This document shows positions 8,679 through 17,514 of a stretch of 64,000 nucleotides of DNA, piece after piece. Below the pieces are notes generated by a model. The model had not been told where the DNA came from. It did no database searches and saw only the letters and a program-made list of their open reading frames with translations. A program made the position numbers and the translations under genes. How positions within the stretch are numbered: position 1 is the stretch's first letter; the number at the start of each line of letters is the position of its first letter. The stretch spans positions 3,231,086 through 3,295,085 of the forward strand of contig JAXGPZ010000001.1 in NCBI GenBank assembly GCA_040766725.1, in the 5' to 3' direction. Origin of the DNA: Anaerolineae bacterium. GTDB taxonomy: Bacteria > Chloroflexota > Anaerolineae > UBA1429.

Positions 8679-9515
8679 CTAGCCCTCCCTCTGCGCCTCT
8701 TGCGCGCCGACCTGATGGAGCACATCGCGAAAAGCCCTCGTGGCCACCTCGAACAGCTCGGGCCCCGAGAACCCGCTAAAGGTGCCTGCGCTGGATAGGT
8801 GCGGCTCGAGCGACGCAAAGCCATCATAGCCGCGAGCGGCCAGCGCCGCAATCAGCTCGGGCAACTGACCATCGCCCTGGCCGGCCGGCACCACGCGCTG
8901 TTCGGCCAGCAGACCGTCTTTGATGTGCAGATAGTCGGTGTAGTCGGCCAGCAGCGCATAGCCTTCATCAAAGGGCCTGACGCCGCACATCACGAAATTG
9001 GCCGGATCAAAGGTAAAGCGCAGTTGCGGCGAGTCAAAGTGGGTCAGCAGGTCATGGCAGCGCCGGGGGATATCGCCATAGATGTGGCGCTCGTTTTCGT
9101 GCAGCAGCGTGACGGCGTGGCCAGAGGCGGCCTTCAAAAGCTGCTCCATGCGGCGCAACACGTCGCTACGACGTCGGTCGGCCTCGCCCTCGGCCACAAA
9201 GAAGGAAAAGAGACGGATGTACGGGCTCTGCAGATACTCGGCCACGTGCAGCGCCTGCTCAAAGGCCGCCAGATGGGGCTCCATGGGGGCGTCGATGTCG
9301 ATCTTGCCGATCGGCGAGCCGATGGCCGAAACGCCGATGCCAGCGGCCTGCAGCCCCTGGCCGACGCGCGCCAGCTCGTCGTCATCCAGCTGCAACACGT
9401 TCTTGCCCCACACGCCGCGCAGCTCCAGGTAGCGAATGCCGAGCCTGCCCAACACCTCGAGCTGCACTTCGAGCTGTGCATCGATCTCATCTGCAAAGCC
9501 GCTCAGTGTGAACAT
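8679..9515 (-). CDS. Sugar phosphate isomerase/epimerase (xylose isomerase-like TIM barrel)
   Basis: SGFADEI, IRLFSFF, HENE, FDPANF, LHIKD, SLEPHL. Confidence 0.85.
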   Translation of the reverse strand: MFTLSGFADEIDAQLEVQLEVLGRLGIRYLELRGVWGKNVLQLDDDELARVGQGLQAAGIGVSAIGSPIGKIDIDAPMEPHLAAFEQALHVAEYLQSPYIRLFSFFVAEGEADRRRSDVLRRMEQLLKAASGHAVTLLHENERHIYGDIPRRCHDLLTHFDSPQLRFTFDPANFVMCGVRPFDEGYALLADYTDYLHIKDGLLAEQRVVPAGQGDGQLPELIAALAARGYDGFASLEPHLSSAGTFSGFSGPELFEVATRAFRDVLHQVGAQEAQREG

Positions 9516-9541
9516 CCCGCCTCCTGCATCGATCTGGGCAT

Positions 9542-9581
9542 AAAGAGAGCCCGGCAGTCAGCAAGCTAGCCACTGCCGGGC
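9542..9581 (-). terminator. Probable terminator after the tatA genes
   Basis: GCCCGGCAGT/ACTGCCGGGC 10-bp stem followed by TCTCTTT on the minus strand. Confidence 0.55.
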
Positions 9582-9611
9582 GCATGAATCACAAACAGGG
9601 CAAAGCGTAGA

Positions 9612-9818
9612 CTAGGACTCTTTATCGGCGTCCTCTTTGGCCTCGTCGACGGCCTGCTTGACCTCTTCGGTGGCGTCTTCAGCCGTCTTGGTGGCCTGGC
9701 GGAACTCGCGGATGCCCTTGCCCAACGCGCCACCAAGCTCTGGCAGCTTGCCCACGCCAAAGATGATGATCACGATGACAAGGATGATGACGAGTTCCCA
9801 GATCCCGGGCTTCATCAT
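9612..9818 (-). CDS. tatA: Twin-arginine translocase TatA/TatE subunit
   Basis: [36 protein letters not shown]. Confidence 0.92.
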   Translation of the reverse strand: MMKPGIWELVIILVIVIIIFGVGKLPELGGALGKGIREFRQATKTAEDATEEVKQAVDEAKEDADKES

Positions 9819-9875
9819 AGCGATCGCTCCTCTGTTGAATGCCGCCAGACATGCCGCAATGGCACGGCATTTGGG

Positions 9876-10067
9876 CTATGCGTCTGGCGATTCCTTCTTG
9901 TCATCCTTCTTTTCGTCGACGATGCCCTCTTGAGAGGCCTTGCGAAAGCCGGCAACAGCCTTGCCCACGGCGCCGCCCACGGTACTCAACTTGCCAGCGC
10001 CAAAGATCGCCAGCACGATGACCAGAATGATGACCAGTTCCCACACGCCAGGAAGCTTTGGAATCAT
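9876..10067 (-). CDS. tatA: TatA/TatE paralogue
   Basis: [37 protein letters not shown]. Confidence 0.88.
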   Translation of the reverse strand: MIPKLPGVWELVIILVIVLAIFGAGKLSTVGGAVGKAVAGFRKASQEGIVDEKKDDKKESPDA

Positions 10068-10143
10068 CTAACCCCTCCTTGGTGCTCCGATTTCATTGTA
10101 CCAGGCTGCAGGTCACCGTCAAATCAGACCGGCTCCCTTACGT

Positions 10144-11265
10144 CTAGTTGTAGGCGATATCATAGTCGGGCGGCACCAGCTCGATCCAGGTTTGGCCCGG
10201 CTTGAGCGGCACCAGCTCGTCGGCGGCGTCATAGTACTGGATCAGGCCGCCGTCTTGGGGGCGACGCCAGGTGCAGGGCACCATCACGCCATCGCGAAAG
10301 AGCCAGGCATCGCCTGCGCCGGTCAGCACGATGTCGATGGCCGTGCTGCCCAGGCTATCCTCGACGATGTCCGTCTTGTTGTGGTCGGCGAACAGAACGA
10401 TCACATTGGCAGCCGAAAGCTGTTCGCCACTCATGCCGTCCACATGCGGCTCGCCGGCGACGCTGCGCAAATAGACGCCCTTGACCGCATCATAGGACCA
10501 ATCCACCTTGCACACCTGGGGATAGGGCAAGGTGACTGCCGTGGCCGGCTGGCCCTCGGGTGGCTCTGGCGCAAAGTCGTAGCCCTTGACATGGTCATCG
10601 TGTTCGTCGCCCAACCCGAGCAGATACTCGTGCACTCGCTCGACCGAGGTGTACATGCGGCCACGCCAGTCATAGCCGGCCAAGATGGCATAGGGCTCGT
10701 CGTGGAAATACTGGTCGAGGTCGGTGAAATCCTTGGCCTGCGAGATGAACCAGCGGATGCGATCGCTGGCGCCGCTATGCACCAGGACGGCGCTATACTG
10801 GGGCGCAATGGCCAGGCTCGACAGGCGAGCGCTGCGGATGGGCCGCACGCGTTCGGGCTGGGCCGCCAGATAGATGGCGGTTAGGCGCGTCAGCGAATAG
10901 CCCTCCATCAGCTCCTCATAGACGATCTCGGCGTCGCCGAGCCCATCTTGTGGGCGGATGATGGGGTCGTTGCCCACCCGTATCGCCAACACCCGCCGTC
11001 GCAACAGCGTCGGATCGTCCACCGACAGCCCCGTCAATGGATTGACGTTGGGGTCGACAGTGGGCATGGGGGTCATGGTGGGCATGGGTGTGGCCGTGGG
11101 GGCAGGCGTCTCGCTGGGCGCCGGCGTAAAGGTGGGCCTGACCGTCCGAGTGGGCTCAACCTGGGCGGCTGTGGGTGTCGGCTTGGCCTCGCAGCCTGCC
11201 AGCAGCAACGCGATGGCCGTAGCGAACAGCAGCGGGAACCAGCAGCAACGAAGTCTCGTCATCAT
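10144..11265 (-). CDS. DUF3048-family lipoprotein with a Pro/Thr linker
   Basis: Lipobox LLAGC; NPLTG, PQDGLGDAEIVYE, TRLTAIY, PIRSAR. True start is well downstream of the track start. Confidence 0.8.
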   Translation of the reverse strand: MMTRLRCCWFPLLFATAIALLLAGCEAKPTPTAAQVEPTRTVRPTFTPAPSETPAPTATPMPTMTPMPTVDPNVNPLTGLSVDDPTLLRRRVLAIRVGNDPIIRPQDGLGDAEIVYEELMEGYSLTRLTAIYLAAQPERVRPIRSARLSSLAIAPQYSAVLVHSGASDRIRWFISQAKDFTDLDQYFHDEPYAILAGYDWRGRMYTSVERVHEYLLGLGDEHDDHVKGYDFAPEPPEGQPATAVTLPYPQVCKVDWSYDAVKGVYLRSVAGEPHVDGMSGEQLSAANVIVLFADHNKTDIVEDSLGSTAIDIVLTGAGDAWLFRDGVMVPCTWRRPQDGGLIQYYDAADELVPLKPGQTWIELVPPDYDIAYN

Positions 11266-11382
11266 GCGCGGTCGCACAGCTCCATCGCAGTATAATGCTC
11301 GGGTGAGGCTCGAGGCGCAGCGAGCGCCATTATAGCACAAGCGCCACAGACACAGAAAGCATCTGCAAGTGGGAGGCCGTCG

Positions 11383-11895
11383 ATGCGTTGGGAAGATCAG
11401 GGCGCCCTGCACAATGAACGCTATACCGTGGTGCCCCGCACGCTCATCTTTGTCAGCGCTGAGCGCCACCTCTTGTTGTTGCGCGGCTCGCCCCACAAGC
11501 GCATCTGGCCCAACCAGCTCAACGGCATCGGCGGCCACCTGGAGCCGGGCGAGCACCCTCTGGGGGGCGCGCTCCGCGAGCTGCGCGAAGAGGCCGGCCT
11601 GGATCTCCTCAGCCTCGACCTGCGCGGGCTGATCCACGTGGCAGGACGCCACCCCGACCCGGGCGTGTTGCTCTTTGTATTCACGGGCGAGGCGCTCTCG
11701 CGGCTCGTGAGGCCATCACACGAGGGCGCCCTGGAATGGCACCCCCTGGACGCCCTGCCCTACGACCAGATGGTGCCAGACCTGCCCCAACTGCTGCCGT
11801 TGCTCGTGGGCCCACAGCGCACGGCTGGGCTCGTCTATGGGCACTATGCCCTCGACGCCCACGGCGAGATGCACTACCGCTACCAGAGCGGCTAG
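11383..11895 (+). CDS. NUDIX hydrolase (MutT-like)
   Basis: Nudix box GGHLEPGEHPLGGALRELREEAG. Confidence 0.9.
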   Translation: MRWEDQGALHNERYTVVPRTLIFVSAERHLLLLRGSPHKRIWPNQLNGIGGHLEPGEHPLGGALRELREEAGLDLLSLDLRGLIHVAGRHPDPGVLLFVFTGEALSRLVRPSHEGALEWHPLDALPYDQMVPDLPQLLPLLVGPQRTAGLVYGHYALDAHGEMHYRYQSG

Positions 11896-11905
11896 CGCCG
11901 GCCGG

Positions 11906-12697
11906 TCAGCGCAGGTTGGGGCCATCGACAGCCAGCGGCCCCAGAGCCAGCAACGCCGCGTGGATGCGCCCATTGCTCACCAGCCAGTCGGGCGTGTCGA
12001 GCGTGGTGGGTTGGCCGCTCATGTCGGTGGCCGTTGCGCCCGCCTCGGCCAGGATCAGCGAGGCGGCGGCCGTATCCCACGACTTGAGCGTGTACTGATA
12101 GTAAGCGTCGGCCCAGCCCGCGGCCACATAGCACATGGCCAGAGCGGCGCTGCCGACACTGCGCGGCACAAAGATCTGTGGAGTGAGCCTGCCGAAAAAG
12201 CGGATGCCTTGCTCGCGCCAGGCCGAGTCGCGGGGCCAGTCCATCAACACAATGCAGTCGTCCAGACTGTCGCGCACGCTGACGCCGATGGGCGCGCCAT
12301 TGAGCCGCGCCCCCTGGCCGCGCACTGCCGTGAACAGCTCCTCGCTCACCGGGTCATAGATGACGCCACACACGACCTGCCCGGCCACAGCAGCGGCCAC
12401 CGACACGCACCAGCCACCCAGCCCGCGGGCATAGTTGGTGGTGCCGTCGAGAGGGTCGATGTACCACACCGGCTGTGTGGCGCTCTGCAGCGCCGCCTGG
12501 TTGCTCTCTTCAGAGACGAACAGGCTCTTGGGGCAGCCGCGGCGTATACAGCCGATGGATAGCGCCTCGGCCTCGAGATCGGCTTCGGTGGTGATGTCGC
12601 GGGCTCCCTTGACGATGACATCGTGGGGTTGACGATAGCGTGACAACAGGGCGCGGCCCGCCTCATGGGCCGCCTGGATGGCCAGGTCGAGGTACAT
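11906..12697 (-). CDS. Inositol monophosphatase family (SuhB-like)
   Basis: TEAD, VSEE, WYIDPLDGTTNY, GSAALAMCYVAAG, WDTAAA. Confidence 0.9.
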   Translation of the reverse strand: MYLDLAIQAAHEAGRALLSRYRQPHDVIVKGARDITTEADLEAEALSIGCIRRGCPKSLFVSEESNQAALQSATQPVWYIDPLDGTTNYARGLGGWCVSVAAAVAGQVVCGVIYDPVSEELFTAVRGQGARLNGAPIGVSVRDSLDDCIVLMDWPRDSAWREQGIRFFGRLTPQIFVPRSVGSAALAMCYVAAGWADAYYQYTLKSWDTAAASLILAEAGATATDMSGQPTTLDTPDWLVSNGRIHAALLALGPLAVDGPNLR

Positions 12698-12713
12698 GTT
12701 CCCTTCCAAACGG

Positions 12714-13823
12714 TTATTTGATGCCCGTACGGGCGATGCCTTCGATGAACTGCTCTTGCACAAACAGGAACAGCACGATCACCGGCACGATGGTGAACGA
12801 CGCTGCGGCCATGTACAGGTTGAACTGGGTGCCCGCCTCGGTGGAAAAGGACGCCAGGCCGAGCGCCAGGGGGCGCATCGTTTCTTCGTCGGTGACCAGC
12901 AGCGGCCAGAGCAACGAGTTCCAGGCGCTCAAAAAGTTGAACATGCCGGTGCTCACCAGCGCGGGCTGGGCCAGCGGCAGCGCGATGGACAGCAGAAAGC
13001 GAGTGTGTCCGCAGCCGTCGATGGTGGCGGCATCAAAGAGGTCGTCGGGGACACTCTTGAAGAACTGCCGCAGGAAAAAGATCGACAACACACTGACGGC
13101 GTAGGGCACCACCAGGGCGGCAAAGGTGTTCTTCCAACCCAACTGGCTGACGGTGATAAAGTTGGGGATGAGCACCACCTCAGAGGGCACCATCATCGTC
13201 GCCAGGAAGAGCATAAAGAGCAGGTTGGCCCCGGGAAAGCGCATCCGCGCAAAGGCATAGGCAGCGGGCGCCGAGGTGACCACGATCAGCAGCGGCGTGG
13301 CCACGCTCATAATGATCGAGTTGCGGAAATAGTAGGCGAATGGCGCGCGATCCCACGCCTCGACATAGTTGTCCCAGAAGGGCTTGAGCTGTGCGCCACG
13401 CTCGCCCACAGCGGCCTGCCAGGCAGCGGCCAGGCTTCGATCCCCCCAAAAGTCGAGCAGCCCCACCGCAAGGAACAGAGCGATATGGATCAGCAGGTAG
13501 AGGGCGCGCCAACGGCCATCACGGATGAGGCGCACGACCCAGATGCCCAGCGCCAGCCAGGCTGCGAATGCGATCATCCATATCGGACGCGACCAGAGCA
13601 TCGCGCCCAGTATGCCCAGGCGCACGCCCCACTCGGCCGGGAAGATGGTCGGCGGTGTGGCGATGGCCTCGGCATACGTCTTGAACGAGGTGAGGATCAT
13701 CCACACAAAGGGAAAGCAGGTCACCACGCCGCCGAGGCCCAGAAAGGCGTAGAGCAATCCGCGGTTGAGCTGTCGCCTGGCGTGCGGATCGAGCAGCATG
13801 GTGCGACGCGCTGATACTGCCAT
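12714..13823 (-). CDS. Carbohydrate ABC transporter permease (MalG/UgpE-like) with an N-terminal TM insert
   Basis: EAA loop DLFDAATIDGC, WNSLLWPL. Confidence 0.88.
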   Translation of the reverse strand: MAVSARRTMLLDPHARRQLNRGLLYAFLGLGGVVTCFPFVWMILTSFKTYAEAIATPPTIFPAEWGVRLGILGAMLWSRPIWMIAFAAWLALGIWVVRLIRDGRWRALYLLIHIALFLAVGLLDFWGDRSLAAAWQAAVGERGAQLKPFWDNYVEAWDRAPFAYYFRNSIIMSVATPLLIVVTSAPAAYAFARMRFPGANLLFMLFLATMMVPSEVVLIPNFITVSQLGWKNTFAALVVPYAVSVLSIFFLRQFFKSVPDDLFDAATIDGCGHTRFLLSIALPLAQPALVSTGMFNFLSAWNSLLWPLLVTDEETMRPLALGLASFSTEAGTQFNLYMAAASFTIVPVIVLFLFVQEQFIEGIARTGIK

Positions 13824-13833
13824 GGCGCCCTCC

Positions 13834-15039
13834 CTACTGGTAGATCACGCGGTTGCCCGCGAGGCGCTGGTTGATGAGGGTGAGGACCAGAATGCACACG
13901 AACAGTACGATGGCGATGGCCGAGGCATAGCCCCAACGGCTCGCATTGTAGAACTGCTCATAGATCATGAATGTCACCGAGGTGGTGGTGCGCAGGGGGC
14001 CGCCGTCGGTGAGCACATAGAACATGGTGAAGGAGCGAAAGGCGCCGATCGTCGAGGTGATCAGCAGGAAAAAAGTTGTGGGCGAGAGCAAGGGCAGCGT
14101 GATCTTCCAAAAGACCTGCCCCTCGGTGGCGCCGTCGATGCGCGCCGCCTCGTAGAGATCGGGCGGCACGTTGTAGAGCCCGGCCATATAGATCACCACA
14201 TCATAGCCGGTAAAGTGCCACATGCTCACCAGCGAGACCGCCAGCAAGGCCATGCTCGGGCCTTGCAGCCAGGTGGGGGGCGTGTAGCCGAACTGCTTGC
14301 CCAGATAGAGCAGGATGCCGCGCGGCTCTTGCAGCCAGCGCACGGGGAAGAAGGTGTTCATCACCTGCACGAGGTTGGCGTGCGCCGTGGGCCGCAGCAG
14401 CAGATAAAGCCCCGCCGCCAGCAACAGGGCGCCAACCACACACCATACTCGCGTGGCCAGGGCGGTCCGTTGCCGACAGGTCGCCAGTAGATACACCAGC
14501 CAGGCGCCGGCCAGCGCCACCCAGATGTAGATGCCGGGCGGGCTTCCGATCACGGTCAACACCGCGGCTGCGCCTTTGGACAGCCCCCCGGCGATATAGT
14601 TCAGCACGCCCGCCTGATAGTTGAAGATCCACTGCCACACCATGGCCGCGGGCACCAGCGAGGTGACATAGGGCAGGAAGTAGAGGGTGCGAAAGAGAGC
14701 GCGAAAGCGAATGGGGCGAAAGAGCAGATAGGCCAGCAGCAACGAGACCATCATGGTCACGGGCACCGTAGCCACCACATAGAACACCGTCACCTGAAAG
14801 GCCTTGCTCACGTTGGGGTCGCTCAGCAGGGTGCGGTAGTTCTCGGCGCCCACAAAGTCGCCTTTCACGATGCTCCACTCGTGTAAGCTGATGAAAAAGG
14901 CGCGGAACACGGGGTAGAGGCCAAAGACGATGGTGATGATCAGAGCCGGCAGAATGTAGAGATAGGCCAGTCCGGCCTCTCGGGCCAGGCGCAGAAAGCG
15001 GGAACCGCGAGCAACCCGGGGGCTGGCGAGCTGGTCCAT
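13834..15039 (-). CDS. Carbohydrate ABC transporter permease (MalF/UgpA-like) with an internal TM insert
   Basis: RTLYFLPYVTS, DLYEAARIDGA, GYASAIA; start at MDQLA with SD AAGGA. Confidence 0.88.
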   Translation of the reverse strand: MDQLASPRVARGSRFLRLAREAGLAYLYILPALIITIVFGLYPVFRAFFISLHEWSIVKGDFVGAENYRTLLSDPNVSKAFQVTVFYVVATVPVTMMVSLLLAYLLFRPIRFRALFRTLYFLPYVTSLVPAAMVWQWIFNYQAGVLNYIAGGLSKGAAAVLTVIGSPPGIYIWVALAGAWLVYLLATCRQRTALATRVWCVVGALLLAAGLYLLLRPTAHANLVQVMNTFFPVRWLQEPRGILLYLGKQFGYTPPTWLQGPSMALLAVSLVSMWHFTGYDVVIYMAGLYNVPPDLYEAARIDGATEGQVFWKITLPLLSPTTFFLLITSTIGAFRSFTMFYVLTDGGPLRTTTSVTFMIYEQFYNASRWGYASAIAIVLFVCILVLTLINQRLAGNRVIYQ

Positions 15040-15187
15040 GCTTGTTCCTTTCGCTTCCATTTCGACCTTGACTGGGATTCTATGGACAGGGCGCTCTGTG
15101 GTCAAGCTGCGTAGGGGCAGGCGCTTGGACTCGGCCCCGATCGACGCTATAATCGCTGGCAGTCGGCCTCACAAGGGAGGTGCCCGC

Positions 15188-15796
15188 ATGGACGATCTGC
15201 AAACGCTCGGCGCACAGGTGCGCGCCTGCCAGGCGTGCCGGCTGGCCCGCGGACGCACCCATGCGGTGCCCGGCAGCGGGTCGCCCCAGGCCGAGATCCT
15301 GTTCATCGGCGAGGCCCCCGGCTTTCACGAAGACCAGCAGGGCCTGCCCTTTGTGGGCGCCGCTGGCCAGTTTCTGGATCAACTGCTGCAGTCGATCAAT
15401 CTGACGCGGCAGCAGGTCTATATCGCCAACGTCATCAAGTGCCGACCGCCCAACAACCGCGATCCGCAGCCTGACGAGCTCGAGGCCTGCCGCCCCTATC
15501 TCGATCGCCAGATTGCGCTGATCAAACCCAAGATCATCGTCACGCTGGGCCGCATCTCGATGCAGCTCGCTTTTCCGGGCGCCAGCATCAGCCAGATCCA
15601 CGGCAACCCGCTGCGCATCGGCGATATCACCTACTTTCCGATGTTCCACCCGGCGGCAGCGTTGCATCAGCCACGCTATCGCACCATGATCGAACAGGAC
15701 ATGCTGCGCCTGCCCGGGCTCCTGGCCGAGATCAAGGCCGGGCAGCAGCCGCCCGCAGCCGAGCCCTCACAGCCCGAGCAACTCTCTCTCTTCTAG
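15188..15796 (+). CDS. Uracil-DNA glycosylase family 4
   Basis: C..C.L Fe-S motif, GEAPG, PFVG.AG, KCRPPNNRDP, HPAA. Confidence 0.93.
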   Translation: MDDLQTLGAQVRACQACRLARGRTHAVPGSGSPQAEILFIGEAPGFHEDQQGLPFVGAAGQFLDQLLQSINLTRQQVYIANVIKCRPPNNRDPQPDELEACRPYLDRQIALIKPKIIVTLGRISMQLAFPGASISQIHGNPLRIGDITYFPMFHPAAALHQPRYRTMIEQDMLRLPGLLAEIKAGQQPPAAEPSQPEQLSLF

Positions 15797-15811
15797 GAGC
15801 CCGCACACCCT

Positions 15812-17449
15812 ATGTCGTCCTTGCGTATCATCCCCCTCGGCGGTCTGGGCGAGATCGGCCGCAACATGCTGGTAGTCGAGTACGATGGCGAGCTGCTGAT
15901 CGTCGATGCCGGCATCATGTTCCCCGACAACGACATGCTGGGCATCGACGTGGTGATCCCCGACATGTCGTACGTGTTCGAGCGCGCCGACCGGGTGCGC
16001 GCCATCATCATCACCCATGGCCACGAGGACCACATCGGCGCGCTGCCCTATCTGCTGGAGCAGGTGTCGGCGCCGCTCTATGCCACCAAGCTGACCCTGG
16101 GGCTCATCAAGGTCAAGCTGCCGGCCGCCTTTGGCCATAGCGAAGACCTGCGCGTGATCGACCCCGACGAGCGGCTGGCGCTGGGGCCGTTTGGGGTGTC
16201 GTTCTTCCGCGTCAGCCACAGTATTCCCGACGGCGTGGGCCTGGCCATCGAGACGCCCGTAGGGTTGGTGGTGCACTCGGGCGATTTCAAGTTCGACCAC
16301 AGCCCCATCAACGGGCAGCGCACCGAGTTCACCAAACTGGCACAGCTCGGCGGGCAGGGCGTGCGACTGCTGCTTTCAGATAGCACCAACGCCGAGAGCC
16401 CAGGCTATACCCCCTCAGAGGCCGAGCTGGCCAAGACGCTGGCCCGCGTTTTCGGATCATCTCAGGGGCGCGTCATCGTGGCCACCTTTGCGTCCAACAT
16501 CTCGCGCATTCAGCAGGTGATCGACACCTCGCGCCTACACGGGCGGCGCGTAGCCATTGTGGGGCGCAGCATGTTGCAGAACGTGCGCGTGGCGCGAGAG
16601 CTGGGCTATCTGCAGGTGGAAGACGACGACCTGGTGCCGGTCGACCAGGTGGAGCATCTGCCCGAAGAGCGGGTGACGCTGATCTGCACCGGCAGTCAGG
16701 GCGAACCCACATCGGCGCTGGTGCGCCTGGGCCAGAGCAGCCTGCGCTCGGTGAGCATCACCCCCGGCGATACGGTCATCGTGTCAGCCTCGCCGATCCC
16801 CGGCAATGAAGAGTATGTCAACCGCACCCTCGACAACCTCTTTCGTCTGGGCGCGCGGGTGTTCTACGACGAGGTGCTCGACGTGCACGTATCGGGGCAT
16901 GCCAGCCAGGAAGAGCAAAAGATGCTCATCAACCTGGTGCAGCCCGAGTTCTTTGTGCCCATTCACGGCGAGTATCGCCACCTGGTGCTGCACCGTGAGC
17001 TAGCGCAGCGCTGCGACATTCCCCGCGAGAACACCTTTCTGCTCGAGACCGGCGACGTGCTCGAGCTCGACGGCCAGGGCGCCCGGGTCGTCGAGCACGT
17101 CTCGGGCGAGCGCGTGCTGGTGGACCGCCACGGCCTGGCAGAGGCCGACAACGGCGTGATGCAGCACCGCACCGAGATGGCCACCAACGGCGTGCTGGTG
17201 GCGGTGGTGCTCATCAACAAGTACACCGGCAGCCTGCTCGGCGAGCCACACCTCGAGATGCGCGGCTTTTGCTACCCCAGCGAGGAAGAGACGGTGCGGC
17301 GGCGCGCCCAAGAGGCCATCGCCCAGGTGGTGGCGCGTGGCGGCACCCGCGTCGAGCTGCTGGCGCGCCTCGAGCAAGAGCTGGCCCGCGTGGCCCATGG
17401 CGAGACCGGACGTCGGCCGGTGATCATCCCGGTACTGTCGAAAACATAG
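15812..17449 (+). CDS. rnj: Ribonuclease J
   Basis: PLGGLGEIGRNM, HGHEDHIG, GDFKFD, HVSGHA, PIHGEYRH. Confidence 0.95.
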   Translation: MSSLRIIPLGGLGEIGRNMLVVEYDGELLIVDAGIMFPDNDMLGIDVVIPDMSYVFERADRVRAIIITHGHEDHIGALPYLLEQVSAPLYATKLTLGLIKVKLPAAFGHSEDLRVIDPDERLALGPFGVSFFRVSHSIPDGVGLAIETPVGLVVHSGDFKFDHSPINGQRTEFTKLAQLGGQGVRLLLSDSTNAESPGYTPSEAELAKTLARVFGSSQGRVIVATFASNISRIQQVIDTSRLHGRRVAIVGRSMLQNVRVARELGYLQVEDDDLVPVDQVEHLPEERVTLICTGSQGEPTSALVRLGQSSLRSVSITPGDTVIVSASPIPGNEEYVNRTLDNLFRLGARVFYDEVLDVHVSGHASQEEQKMLINLVQPEFFVPIHGEYRHLVLHRELAQRCDIPRENTFLLETGDVLELDGQGARVVEHVSGERVLVDRHGLAEADNGVMQHRTEMATNGVLVAVVLINKYTGSLLGEPHLEMRGFCYPSEEETVRRRAQEAIAQVVARGGTRVELLARLEQELARVAHGETGRRPVIIPVLSKT

Positions 17450-17514
17450 TCGCTGCCGCGTGGTATAATGGGGCCAATGGCAGCGGCTGCAGTCACCAGC
17501 AAGAGGCTCCCGTC

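Noticed and set aside
11291-11337. Face-to-face TATAAT promoters for the NUDIX and DUF3048 genes
   Set aside because: The plus-strand -10 has no recognisable -35 or TG extension; too weak to claim.
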